Source: Styela clava (Eukaryota). From it: a DNA stretch of 64,000 nucleotides. Position 1 is the stretch's first letter. Every line of letters starts with the position of its first letter. The notes below the pieces were generated by a model. The model was given only the letters and a program-made list of their open reading frames with translations. It ran no database searches and was not told where the DNA came from. Positions 12,808-27,200 of the stretch are shown in pieces. The position numbers and the translations under genes were made by a program. The stretch covers positions 24,924,001-24,988,000 of the forward strand of contig NC_135253.1 in assembly GCF_964204865.1 (NCBI RefSeq), written 5' to 3'.

Positions 12808-13288
12808 CAAGCTTACCGAGAATGAATGTCATAATAATGTACATTGTTTGATAAGCGCGAGCATACATACCGAGCAAACAGTAGCAATGCAACTGAAGAT
12901 TATACTACACGACCAACAAACATACCCAACACACGTAACATCGAAGAAAACTCTGACCTGGAAATAAAAAGTCAGAACAGATGTACTACGGAAATATCTC
13001 AAAAGAATTAGGTGCTGGAAAGTTTTTAGGTAACATTGGCGTTGAGTTGAGTCTTGAATGCATCGACTAAACCAAATTGTGGCAATGATGCGTGAGATAG
13101 TCAACAGCATATACCATTCCGAAAGCCTACCAGAAATGATGTCTCAAACGAAACTATAAAACTTGTAGGGTTCTTGTTGTATAATAATGTGATATATTGT
13201 AATATCGTTAGGTGGCGCTGTTGACCCGTATTGTCAAAGCCCATATATACCTAAGTTGCGCAACAATGGAAATTGGCCTCCTTTGGAA

Positions 13289-16200
13289 ATCTTCCACAAC
13301 CTCCCTCCTTTAGCCACCGCCCTCTTTTCTTCAACACTCCCCTTCTTTAGCCACCGCCCTATCTTCCTCAACCCTTCCCTTCTCCAGCCATCGCCCTATC
13401 TTCCTCAAACTTCCCCTTCTTTAGCCACCGCCCTATCTTCCTCAACCCTCCCCTTCTTCAGCCACCGCCCTATCTTCCTCGACCCTCCCCTTCTTTAGCC
13501 ACCGCCCTATCTTCCTCAACCCTCCCCTTCTTCAGCCACCGCCCTATCTTCCTTGACCCTCCCCTTCTTCAGCCACCGCCCTATCTTCCTCAAACTTCCC
13601 CTTCTTTAGCCACCGCCCTATCTTCCTCAACCCTCCCCTTCTTCAGCCACCGCTCTATCTTCCTCGACCCTCCCCTTCTTTAGCCACCGCCCTATCTTCC
13701 TCAAACTTCCCCTTCTTTAGCCACCGCCCTATCTTCCTCAACCCTCCCCTTCTTCAGCCACCGCCCTATCTTCCTTGACCCTCCCCTTCTTTAGCCACCG
13801 CCCTATCTTCCCCAACCCTCCCCTTCTTCAGCCACCGCCCTATCTTCCTCGACCCTCCCCTTCTTTAGCCACCGCACTATCTTTCTCAACCCTTCCCTTC
13901 TTCAGCCACCGCACTATCTTTCTCAACCCTTTCCTTCTTTAGCCACTGCCCTATCTTCCTCAAACTTCCCCTTCTTCAGCCACCGCCCTATCTTCCTTGA
14001 CCCTCCCCTTCTTCAGCCACCGCCCTATCTTCCTCAAACTTCCCCTTCTTCAGCCACCGCCCTATCTTCCTCAACCCTTCCCTTCTTCAGCCACCGCCCT
14101 ATCTTCCTCGACCCTCCCCTTCTTTAGCCACCGCACTATCTTTCTCAACCCTTCCCTTCTTCAGCCACCGCACTATCTTTCTCAACCCTCCCCTTCTTCA
14201 GCCACCGCCCTATCTTCCCCAACCCTCCCCTTCTTCAGCCACCGCCCTATCTTCCTCGACCCTCCCCTTCTTTAGCCACCGCCCTATCTTCCTCAAACTT
14301 CCCCTTCTTCAGCCACCGCCCTATCTTCCTCAACCCTTCCCTTCTTCAGCCACCGCCCTATCTTCCTCGACCCTCCCCTTCTTTAGCCACCGCACTATCT
14401 TTCTCAACCCTTCCCTTCTTCAGCCACCGCACTATCTTTCTCAACCCTCCCCTTCTTTAGCCACTGCCCTATCTTCCTCAAACTTCCCCTTCTTCAGCCA
14501 CCGCCCTATCTTCCTTGACCCTCCCCTTCTTCAGCCATCGCCCTATCTTCCTCAAACTTCCCCTTCTTCAGCCACCGCCCTATCTTCCTCAAACTTCCCC
14601 TTCTTTAGCCACTGCCCTATCTTCCTCAAACTTCCCCTTCTTCAGCCACCGCCCTATCTTCCTCAACCCTTCCCTTCTTCATCCACCGCCCTATCTTCCT
14701 CAAACTTCCCCTTCTTCAGCCACCGCCCTATCTTCCTTGACCCTCCCCTTCTTCAGCCACCGCCCTATCTTCCTCAACCCTCCCCTTCTTCAGCCACCGC
14801 CCTATCTTCCTTGACCCTCCCCTTATTTAGCCACCGCCCTATCTTCCCCAACCCTCCCCTTCTTCAGCCACCGCCCTATCTTCCTCAACCCTCCCCTTCT
14901 TCAGCCACCGCCCTATCTTCCTCAACCCTTCCCTTCTTCAGCCACCGCCCTATCTTCCTCAACCCTTCCCTTCTTCAGCCACCGCCCTATCTTCCTCAAC
15001 CCTCCCCTTCTTCAGCCACCGCCCTATCTTCCTTGACCCTCCCCTTATTTAGCCACCGCCCTATCTTCCCCAACCCTCCCCTTCTTCAGCCACCGCCCTA
15101 TCTTCCTCGACCCTCCCCTTCTTTAGCCACCGCACTATCTTTTTCAACCCTCCCCTTCTTCAGCCACCGCCCTATCTTCCTCAAACTTCCCCTTCTTTAG
15201 CCACCGCCCTATCTTCCGCGACCCTCCCCTTCTTTAGCCACCGCCCTATCTTCCTCAACCCTCCCCTTCTTCAGCCACCGCCCTATCTTCCTCGACCCTC
15301 CCCTTCTTTAGCCACCGCCCTATCTTCCTCGCCCCTCCCCTTCTTCAGCCACCGCCCTATCTTCCTCGACCCTCCCCTTCTTCAGCCACCGCCCTATCTT
15401 CCTCGACCCTCCCCTTCTTTAGCCACCGCCCTACCTTCCTCGACCCTCCCCTTCTTCAGCCACCGCACTATCTTTCTCAACCCTCCCCTTCTTCAGCCAC
15501 CGCCCTATCTTCCTCAAACTTCCCCTTCTTTAGCCACCGCCCTATCTTCCTCAACCCTCCCCTTCTTCAGCCACCGCCCTATCTCCTCAACCCTCCCCTT
15601 CTTTAGCCACCGCCCTATCGTCCTCAACCCTCCCCTTCTTCAGCCACCGCCCTATCTTCCTCGACCCTTCCCTTCTTTAGCCACCGCCCTATCTTCCTCG
15701 ACCCTCCCCTTCTTCAGCCACTGCCCTATCTTTCTTAACCCTCCCCTTCTTTAGCCACCGCCCTATCTTTCTCAACCTTCCCTTTCTCTAGCCACCGCCC
15801 TATTTTCCTCAACCCTCCCCTTCTTTAGCCAATGACCTATTTTATTCCCCCCCCTTTTTTAGCCACTGCCCCATTTTCCTTAACTCTCCCTTTTTTCAGT
15901 CACCGCCCTATTTTCTTCAACCCTTCCCTCCTTTAGCCACCACCCTATTTTCTTTAACCCTACCCTTCTTTAACCACCGCTCTATCTTCCTTCAACCTCC
16001 CCTTCTTTCACCACCGCCCCATCTTTCTCAACCCTCCCCCTCTTTAGCCACAGCCCTATCTTCCTCAACCCTCCCCTTCTTAAGCCACCGCCCTATACTC
16101 CTCAACCATCCCCTTTTTTTCACCAGCGCCCCATCTTTCTCAACCCTCCCCCTTAGCCCCCGCCCTATCTTCCACAACCCTCCCTCCTTCAGCCACCGCC

Positions 16201-17804
16201 CTCTTTTCTTCAACACTCCCCTTCTTTAGCCAATGACCTATTTTATTCCCCCCCCTTTTTTAGCCACTGCCCCATTTTCCTTAACTCTCCCTTTTTTCAG
16301 TCACCGCCCTATTTTCTTCAACCCTTCCCTCCTTTAGCCACCGCCCTATTTTCTTTAACCCTCCCCTTCTTTAACCACCGCTCTATCTTCCTTCAACCTC
16401 CCCTTCTTTCACCACCGCCCCATCTTCCTCGACCCCCCCCCCCCTTCTTTAGCCACCGCCCTATCTTTCTCAACCCTCCCTTTTTTTAGCCACCGCCCTA
16501 ACTTCTTCAACCCTACCCTTCTTCAGCCACCGCCCTATCTTCCTTAACCCTTCCCTTTTTCAGCCACTGTCCTATCTTTCTCAACCCTCCCTTTTTTTAG
16601 CCACCGCCCTAACTTCTTCAACCCTACCCTTCTTCAGCCACCGCCCTAACTTCTTCAACCCTTCCCTTCTTCAGCCACTGTCCTATCTTTCTCAACCCTC
16701 CCCTTCTTTAGCCAATGACCTATTTTTCTCACCTCCCCCCCCCCTTCTTTAGTCACTGCCCCATATTCCTTAACTCTCCCTTTTTTCAGGCACCGCCCTA
16801 TTTTTCTCAACCCTTCCCTCCTTTAGCCACCGCCCTATTTTCTTTAATCCTCCCCTTCTTTAACCACCGCTCTATCTTCCTTCACCCTCCCCTTCTTTCA
16901 CCACCGCCCCATCTTTCTCAACCCTCCCCCTCTTTAGCCACGGCCCTATCTTCCTCAACCCCCCCCCCCTTCTTAAGCCACCGCCCTATCTTCCTCAACC
17001 AACCCCTTTTTTTCACCAGCGCCCCATCTTTCTCAACCCTCCCCCTTAGCCACCGCCCTATCTTCCACAACCCTCCCTCTTTCAGCCACCGCCCTCTTTT
17101 CTTCAACACTCCCCTTCTTTAGCCACCGCCCTATCTTTCTCAACCCTCCCTTTTTTTAGCCACCGCCCTAATTTCTTCAACCCTCCCCTTCTTCAGCCAC
17201 CGCCCTATCTTCCCCTTCTCCAGTCTCTGCCCCGTCTTCCTCAACCCTTTCATTCTTTAGCCACTGCCCTATCTTCCCCTTCTCCAGTCACCGCCCTATC
17301 TTCCTCAACCCTTTCCTTCTTTATTCACTGCCCTATCTTCCTCAACCCTTTCCTTCTTTAGCCACCGCCCAATCGTCCTCAACCCTTTCCTTCTTTATCC
17401 ACTGCCCTATCTTCCTCAACCTTCCCTTTCTTCAGCCACTGCCCTATCTTCCTCAACCCTTTCCTTCTCCAGCCACTGCCCCGTCTTCCTCAACCCTTTC
17501 ATTCTCCAGTCACCGCCCTATCTTCCTCAACCCTTTCCTTCTTTATCCACTGCCCTATCTTCCTCAACCCTTTCCTTCTTTATCCACTGCCCCATCTTCC
17601 TCAACCCTTTCCTTCTTTAGCCACCGCCCAATCGTCCTCAACCCTTTTCTTTTTTATCCACTGCCCTATCTTCCTCAACCTTCCCCTTCTTCAGCCACTG
17701 CCCTATCTTCCTCAACCCTTTCCTTCTCCAGTCACCGCCCTATCTTCCTCAACCCTTTCCTTCTTTATCCACTGCCCTATCTTCCTCAACCCTCCCCTTC
17801 TTTA
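13289..17804. repeat. 37-bp minisatellite array 2 (~4.5 kb, ~120 monomers)
   Basis: Monomer AGCCACCGCCCTATCTTCCTCAACCCTCCCCTTCTTY (e.g. GCCACC at 13461 and 13498); C/T-rich plus strand. Confidence 0.97.
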
Positions 17805-20800
17805 TACTAGCCTAATACTGGTCGAGGATGCCAGTGAGATGATTCAATTGCACGTCGACAAAACATGGTTGATGGCATTCGTAAATGTAGGCTGGAATCT
17901 AAAATGGTAATCAATAACCATAATTGGTAGCTTAAAAGTGTGCTACTAATCAACCTATTGATTACCTCCGGTGCGGGATCAACGGTTTTGCCGTTTTTAA
18001 AATTTCAGACACGCCGTTTTATACCCTTGTTTTTTGGGCATGGCGTGACGAAATGATACTAATCCGAAATAAATAATAGAACACCAGTCCGGTCCGTATA
18101 AAAACTTATTTCATCATGTAGCAGAGGCGATGCCAGAGATAAATGCAACTTCATTAAATTACAAGGGCAGATAAGCTAAAAGAACAGTTGGCAACACTGG
18201 CTACAACGAAATTTTTCATGATTTTAAAATATTTGGGAAGAGGATTATTCACTGAGAGAATTATATTTTTGATTGCTTTTCAGCTTTCAACTCAGTCAAT
18301 TGAAGAAAATTTGGGTACTCCCGTAGTATGTGCACCAAGATGGCAGACACCGGAACGTAGTGTGTGTACCGAGTTATGGTTAGACCATAATTTCAGGTAC
18401 AAATACCACGGGAGTCACTTCAATAATAACACGACCTGAATTGTGACAGAATGACATGGAAAGGTGTTTCATGCTCGAGAAGAATATGACAGAACATCTT
18501 ATGAAAAATCATCACCATGCGTGTAAATATTTCAATATTTCCTCATCGTTTTGCTTTACTCGGAAACATAGGTGGCCTTGAATGAGTTTCGCAAATGAAA
18601 CATTTCCAAGTATCGGGAAATCCAATGTGTTAACATTTGCTAAAAAGCTTTGTTTGTGATCACACTTCCGCGATTATCAGAAACCTACAAAGTAGCACAT
18701 TTTAAGCTACCAATTAGGGTTATTGATTTCCATTTGGAATTCCAACCTACATTTAAATGGAATGATAAATTATTTAAACAAGTGGCATTCGAAGATTTCA
18801 AACATTTTTGTTATCATTTACACTCACTGAAGCTTTACGTTTGTTTGTTATTCAAATAGACCCTTTAATGATATATTAACAATGCCGTCCTTGTAATGAC
18901 TCTTGTTCACTTCACTATTTTAATAGCATATTTGGACAATTATACTCCTGAATTTATTATTTTCATTTATTTTATACTTACAGAATACTTACCGTACATT
19001 ATTTATAGTTCCAATTACAAATACACAACAATCCTCACCGATTCTTATAAAATTATATCTGTCGATCGTATGTAACATTTAATTGAAGATAAGCAGGCGG
19101 GTTTACTTTAACAACTCCCAGTTGGATTGGTTTCCTTATCAGTCAAAGAATGCAGAGCCCTCGACTTCAACAGTCGGTGTCGCAGGTCGCTTATTGTTTG
19201 CAACGTTTATTATTTGAAATATTTTTATAATTTTAAGGCACTTGCAATATGCCATTTTTAAGTAATCAGTTGTTCCTCATTTTGAAATTCATCATCTCAT
19301 TCATGTCGTAGATTCGTTTGTGTACGAGTCTATAAAATCATATATGCTGTAAAAAATTGTAATAGTTACAAAAATTTAAATGTAAGCACGAGATAGAAAT
19401 AAATCCTGAAGAACAAATTATTTATAATGTCCTGTCTTTTATCGTATGTATGATGCTTGAGTATGTGGCTTATTAGAAGGTAACGTGAGATTCTGAAGTT
19501 ATTTGACTTAAATGGTTATTTGACAAATTGTTAAATGTACCGTACATACGTTTTTAACGGTTATCTCGGGCAATTTTTTTCCAAGTTTATATACCGTAAA
19601 TACTCGTCATGCATTTAGGTTACGTTTTAAGCGAAAACACCGAAACAAATTTTCAAAGGTTTCTTATTTGACAAATTCAGCTCAAATACAAAGTGTCCTA
19701 GTTCAACAGCTGACTCAGTTTAATTGATCTCTTTATAACTTCCATCCTCGAGTAGTATTTTATCTATTGTCCATACATGCCTTATCATGTATATCCCTGG
19801 AAGGCAAAGGTCCATATTGGCACACGTACTTATGGAGCGCCAAAAATTTCACTTATTCTTGCTAAAAGTCTACTCTAGAATGAATGACGCCGGTTTAGAA
19901 TCTGCCCTTGATCATCGCCTGTAGTTTACCTTTCCAATTTTCCGTGAGCCGTGGGTGGGCGACATAGAGTAAGAAAAATATATTTTAGATAGGTTTGATA
20001 CATAATGCAAAATTAAAAAAAAACGGTTCAGCCAGGTCAGGCCGAATACAATTAAATATCATTGCACGGGAAATACAAAATCTTGTATTGAGAATTTCGT
20101 CGATAAATATCAGAGAAAGTCCAGGATATCCTCTTTTTAGAGGTCTGTCGAACAAAAAAGTTGGGATTTCTCAAAACAGCAGTAGCAACAGACCTAAAAC
20201 AAAAATACAGATTCACTATGTGTTCAGAAAGCACACAAGATTTTCAATCTTTACTACTGAATACCGACAAAGGTAAAAACTTCATTGAATTTGCACAATG
20301 GGAAAGTTAGGTAACGCTATACTCAGCACAGTTTTAAGCTCATTACTTATCGATCTTTAGATCGGTAAGTATGTTGGTAGGTATTTGTCTGTTTGTCTGT
20401 TAGATGCACGCGATATCTCATGAAGGCGTGGTTGAATCTGCTCCAAATTCTGCATGTGCATTCATCATATCTCGGACCAGAAGCCTATTGATTTGATAAA
20501 TTATGTCGTATAATTAGCGAGTTATCAATTAATTAGTGATGGGACACGCGGTGTCACTATAGAGTCATGAATCGAAACCGCAGTTTCGATCGATAAATCT
20601 TCGGTCTCCGACCGGTATTCTCGTTTCAACTATTCTTAAATTGCCGACTTTGTCTATACTAGATAAAACTCTCCTAAAATAGATCTTGAATGATTTATGG
20701 AAAGAAATCTTTCGAAAGATCGCATTCAAATTCCCTATTACAACGTATTGACTTCCGGAATATTTTGTTGAAACAAAAACCTGGACGTGTGTAGATAACG

Positions 20801-23800
20801 ATATTCTTATGCTCGGTCATCCGGGTCAGGTCAAACTTTCCAAAGATGTTGTTTGATCTGCTTATAAAGGTTGCAACACACGGCTTTTTAATCTGGTTTA
20901 CAACACCAAACATAGAAGGGCGTCCACCCCTCATGCAAGTGTTTATAAAAGGATTGTCGCGCTATGTCATCTGAGAGATTGGTTGAACTTTTTATTCAGT
21001 CCAACCGAAAAATTTGCTGATTTTGCAAAGAATCTTGGTATATCTCCACATAGGTCCAAAATTGAGAAAAATCTTAGCAATTATCAAAATATTGGAAAAG
21101 AATCTCCAAAATTTAGCACAAATCTTTCAAAAATATATGCGACTCTTATAGTGGTTGGGCCTTAGCAGTATGTCTTGATGGCAGGGGCGGCCGCATGCGT
21201 CTCATGTTTGGTTATTTTAAGAAAAGAAAAAAATACCTTGCAAACTACGATTCATCACGTTTCGATAAAACATATTATAATTCATCGTGCATTATTCTTT
21301 TATACCGAAGACTGGTATGGACTGGTAACATGGCGAAAGGCCGTGATCATATGATTAAGTCGAGTTATCGGCTTTTCTTTACCCCCTGGAAAAATAGGTA
21401 ATCGTGATGCTTAGTTACTATTACAATAAAATAGCATTGCAGCAGAGCTGAATAAAGGTATATCTGATGTTTATGTGTGTTCTTGTTTGAAATGCGGCTC
21501 TTTGGATGTCAAGTCCAAGCTTGTTTATTGAGTGAGCAATAAGTCACCATATAGCAGTGTTTCCCAAATTCCGTTGGTCGCGAATCATTTCTGGAGAATC
21601 GCGTAGGAGTCAAAACACAAGAATTGTATGAACATTTGTTACAATTTTCAATCTGACTAATAATTCTGGTCTCAAATATTCGTAGATTAGGTCTAAGTCC
21701 ACTTGAAAGCCTCTCAGGTACTGAATAAGGTATTTGACCGATTATATTAGAAAAGTGAGCATTCAAACAATTCTTTACTTTTCATTTTATATAAAAACAA
21801 ACAAATTTATTAAAAGTAAAAAAAAACGCATCAGAAATCTAATTTCCGCTTTAAAAAATGTTTTCGCCTTAATTTCGTATTTTTTATTTCAATGGGATTG
21901 TTTGTCCCTGACTTTTCTATATTTTTCCTACAAATTAGGGTCGTTTTTATCTGCTTTTTCAAAAGAGCAATATAAGGTGTGTGTTTTTTTTTTCAAATAT
22001 TATAAAATTTCTCATTATTTAAATAATATATCGCCCTATTGATAACAAAAGAATATACAGTAGTAATCGATTTATCTATATAAGACCATGTTCAGGCAGA
22101 ACTCTTCTGAAACTCAAAAAAATATTTAATCCACTTTAGTATACTCATTCTAAATAATAAAACTAGTCAAGCGCGAATACCCTGATGTAACAAACCACAT
22201 AGGAATTTTGCGCAACTCTAGCGCCCTAAGAAGTTTCAAAATAATACAAGTTGTTAATTATAAATAAACGCCCGAGTGAAGTATAAACCTGACGCCAAAT
22301 GTTAGTAGAAATATTTGACGAGACAAAAAATCAAAAGGTGATTAATAAATATTATTAAATAAGAGACAAAAAAGCAATAGTCGACTTCTTTGCATTTAAG
22401 TAATGAGAGTTTGAAAACAATTAGTCCATTAGTTACTGAGAAATTTTAGGATTCAAAAAAGATTGCGAATAGTAATTTAGAAAACGATCCATGGGATTAC
22501 TTTGCCTGTAATAATATAACTTTAAATGAGCTTTAACTGAGACTCACAAACAAAACTGAAATAAATTCACACAATCCGTTACATTCCGAGATCAAAATCG
22601 GACTGTCATGAACTCATTACATGTTTGTAGCATGGCGAAAGTATTTCAATGTTGACATGTTTCTGGCGTTACAAACCAGTTCGCCTCGAGGTATGTCTGA
22701 TAAGTTAGTCAATACAGGAAGTGAATCGCTTATTAGCGTAATATTAGCTAGACATAGGCTCTAACATATGAAATGCAATTAGCAGCTATGCCGATATCAG
22801 TTGAATAATAATCAGACAGCGTGTTTGGGTTTATGAGTAATATGGGGACAAACTTAAATCGGGCAGTCTTGGCCCACACTGACGAACGATTCGCAACGAG
22901 ATAACAATGAGGCGACATGTTTGAGTTTCTGAGAATGATGCGAGTCCAGGACAATAGCCTACAACAGGATTTAGGATTCACACCTAAATCTTGACCCAGA
23001 ATACTATACACCAAGCGTGTGCAACCTTTTATACAGGAGAGCCAGATAAAAATAACTGGGCGAAACCCCGAGACGCACCTATATCTAACATATGCTTTCT
23101 AGTAGTTACGGACACAAAAACTGTTTCTTTCTGTTATTAATCTTAAAACATGCGTTGTTCGCACTGCACAAGATGATATCATTTTAACGTCATATATGTT
23201 AAATTGGACTCGGGTATAGATTTTGCAAGGCTAAATAATCGGAATTACTCTTACGTACCAGATTAAACTAAATTGAAACTCGTTTGACGGGCCGTAAACC
23301 TTCAAAGTTGGCACTTCTTCGCGGGTCGCCGAATTTTTCCTTGTGGGCCACATTTAGCCCGCGAGCCGCTTGCACACCCCTGCTATACACTGATCGTATT
23401 GATTAAAACATTTTAACGCACATAAGAAAGCCAGCCCTTATGTACAGGTTAGGATATTTCATATTCAGCAAGTGAACTAGGTAAGTTTGTTAGAATTAAT
23501 CATACGATGGACCCGGACCACAGAGCCGTTGGTGTACAGTCATGAGAAAGAAAGAAATCGTTTTCGATCAGATATGTTACATGACGTTTCACACTCTTTT
23601 CATTCCGAGAAGGGCTTCGAATAAACATCCACTTATATGCGAGGATTATATTTGTGGGTACCTTTGGTGAAGTGGGGGGGCATTGACAATAAATTTAATA
23701 ATTTAATGGATTGTTTTGCAAAATATTTTTCGTTGTTGTAGTTGCAAAAGTTGCTTTCTTCTACAAATAAAGTACGAATCGATTTCAAATTTGTAATTAC

Positions 23801-24231
23801 TTTGCTATTACCTTTATTCATTCGAGTCCAACGAGGCACGTTATCACGCCCTAAATTTCGCTATTTTATTTTAAATCCTGCGGACACTTTTGTATGGCAT
23901 GACCATATAACTGAGCATTACAATCTGGTTTAGTACTTCCGAAGTATGTGAACCAAGATGTCGGGCATCGCAACGTAGTATGTGTACCGGGTTAGGATTA
24001 GGCCATAATTTCAGGCACGAATACTGCGGGAGTCACTTGGTTAGTGCCCGAATTTGTAATAGAACCAAGACAATGAATATTGGAATAAAATTGAGACCTA
24101 ACCCCAATCTGTTAAACATACTAAGTCCCGGTGTCCGTCATCATGGTTCACATACTTCGGGAGTACAACTCGTTTTATCTTATTCCAGCGTTTCAAACCA
24201 ATGTAAATCTCTCGCACATAGCTTAGTCATC

Positions 24232-27200
24232 ATGATAATCCGAGGAAATATCTATCTATATACTTTGGCGATGTTTTCAATAACTGCTTATGTGGGAGCC
24301 CAGCAAGACGTTGTGTTCCAGTGCTCAGTGAAAAAAGGTTGCCAAATTCATCAATGTGACCCAGCACCAGCTGGTGAGACATACATGTAAATAGAGTATC
24401 TAATGTTATTATAAGAATGTTTGAAGTCGCATTTTAATATTTTATTCTAGTATTGTGGTCGAAATCGAACTTTCAAGTCGCAATGTTGAGTTTACAAAAA
24501 ACAGTACATTTCAAACAACTTAATCAAAATAAGCAGCAGACCAGCTGCCATTAAAAATACTTTACTAATCAGAATTAAGTTTTATCGTAGTCAGATTGAA
24601 ATCAAACCCAGACAATAGCCAGACCAGATATGAAAAAATCTCTCAATTCGGAATCATGAGTCTGTGTTATATTTATATATATTTGATAACCAAAACTGTA
24701 GTGGAAGTATGAATTCGACATCTCTTTTTACTATTGAGGTTAGTCGCGCTTCGCAGTTTCAGACTCGTATGGTAAGCCAAAATATGTTCAGCAACAAAAC
24801 CCCAAAACTTTCGATAAAAAACGGTTTAGGCTTATTTCATCCGGAGTCAAATTTTTATTCAATTCAGAGTTGACGTCATAATTACATTTCTGAATAGGTC
24901 AGGAAATTGAGTGTAACTTTTTCTTACTTTATTGCAACCCTGAGGTATTCATGTTTAAAGATATTGAATATGAAATAGACTTCCGTACTATGAAATCTTT
25001 GATGAGAGCGCGGCTACTGGTCTGTCAATATCTATTTAGCCAATAAAGAAACATAGTGATGAATCACGAGCTGCTGAATACCTTGGCGCAAGACCCGACA
25101 CGCAAGACCCTACCCTCATGGTTTGTTTAGTTTAGTTTTGATCAATTTTCGTTATGTTATTCACTGGGAATGATTTATCTATTGCCATGTACCAGTACAT
25201 TTATCTGAGCATTGATAACTTGTTTCATGTTTCTGCATATATTCAGGTTGGCAAAACATCGGCATCGGCGTTCATCAACCTTTGAGCAGAGAAGAATTCC
25301 CCATCACATGCACGGGTTCCGGAACTTCAACAAGTAATTTAGAAGCTTTGATTCTGAAAAATTTGCAAGAAATTGCAACTTTCAAACAAGGTACTCACTC
25401 TACTTTCTTATCTCAGCTCTGTGTTGGGTAATTGTTTTGTCTGCAGGGATACCGTAGTCGTGTCGCAATGGATGTCCCCCGAACCTTGACCCAGCATAAA
25501 AAAAACTTCTCCCCATATTTTAATATTACTTGATTTTAGATGCCTATTTTGCGAATGTTTTGTTTGCGAGCTAGCACGTACAAACCGATTTATACGATCA
25601 AAACAATCATTTTTATTAAAATATACAAGCACGTGTCGCTAACAGATATAGACAACTAATCTTAGCCTAGTTCATCACAGCTTTTCCAGGACTTATTTTT
25701 GTTTATTGTAACTAAACTAAAGATCATCGGAAGATATAATGACTATTAAATAACTTCATTTACAACTAATTGTCGGAAACACAACTGAAAACGACAAATA
25801 ACACGCAAAACCGCGGAAACGAGTTGTTGCTTACAACCATGCTTCTGCGCGAACAAAGTGCCTGAGCGGAAGCATAAATTGCAAATGTTACGTCATCTTT
25901 GACTTTGTGCTGATTGGTCATTGTTAACGGAGATAAACAATGAAATCGATGCTTGGGGAAACATTCATACCCACATTTCTTACCCAGCTATTGCACCGCG
26001 ACACGAGCAGTGCTGCGAAGTTTCCCCTTTTACTGATGTAGCAATGAGAACCGGAGAGTTTTTTTTAAACAAGAAACAAATTTATAAATCCCTCGGAATA
26101 ATTGTCAAACTTTTAAAGAATTAGGTCGACGTTTGGTACTCCCGAGTATGTGAACCAAGATGGCGGACACCGGAACGTAGTATGTGTACCAGGTTAGGGT
26201 TAGGCTATAACTTTATTCCAATTTTTCTTATTTTAGTTCCATAATTACGAGTTTGGAGACTAGCCAAATGAATTTAGGTATCTGAAATTCTGGTACACAT
26301 ACGACGTTCCAGTGTTCGCCATCTTGGTTCACATAGGTTAGGGAGTGCCGAATTTTCAAACGGGCTTCGCTATACAACGGTTTCTTTAGGAAACTCATTT
26401 CAATGGCCTGTTCTCATTTTAATTGAGGGAAAGACGGTTTAGAACGTGAAAACTAAGAGCAACTTTTTAATCGAGAGGTCATCAATTAAAAATTTTAACA
26501 GGGCTAAAACCAGACAACTTAATTTACAAGTATTTATCTTTCTTTTGTGGCAGGTTTGAGCGAATTAAAAATAACAATTAAAAATCTGGAAAACAAAAAT
26601 TTGGAATTTCAACAAGGTAATTACAATATTTCTGATATTAATTAACAACTTGAAATCCTGAAGGTTTTTTATCCTCAATCAAAACTCATATAAGAGACCT
26701 TTACATGAGTTAGGTTGACTTTCGCCTTATTTGCAAACGACAACTTCCATCCTCTCTCCTTGCGTAGCTATTTTTTAATAAAATTAAATAAACATTTTTT
26801 TGCAGAAATAAAGGAAATAAAAGCAACGAATGAAAAATTGATAGATGAAAATGAAGGATTTCAACGAGGTAATCACTGACTAAAAATCACTTATACTTAA
26901 CATGGTTCAATCTGGCAATAATCACTATACTGATGAGTCGTATCAGATTTTGAGGTGTTTTTTTAAATTGGAATCCAAATTTTTTAGTTAGTTCAAATCT
27001 TAACAGGGATACCACATGGTGAATTACATGTAACTGGTATTTTACGCCAGTTTTTATTTTTAAGTTACAGGAATAACATAATTACATTCGACATGACTCT
27101 TATTGTGATATCTAGTACAATTAATAACTTTGACTGCCACTTCGCTAAAAATTGAGTAGATATATTAGCCATTCGTGTCCGCATTGCTTTTTTTTTATAG

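Larger units (their letters stand above)
571..17804. repeat. ~17.2-kb tandem segmental unit 1 (lectin-like gene + minisatellite)
   Basis: Colinear with 17805-35008 at offsets of about 17200-17230; paralogous ORFs recur (958/18188/35392; 10422/27628). Confidence 0.95.

Noticed and set aside
13256-17122. Pro/Ser/Leu-rich ORFs and reverse Gly/Arg/Trp-rich ORFs in the satellite (and copies at 30462-34326)
   Set aside because: The 37-bp monomer is not a multiple of 3, so frames rotate and stop; these are translations of the satellite
13289-17804. CRISPR array (37-bp repeats)
   Set aside because: Monomers are contiguous with no unique spacers, no cas genes, eukaryotic context
23980-24390. 136-aa ORF (and 41037-41441) as a gene
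   Set aside because: The 5' part is a chance open frame through a MITE and is stopped in unit 1; only the 3' part is true exon 1
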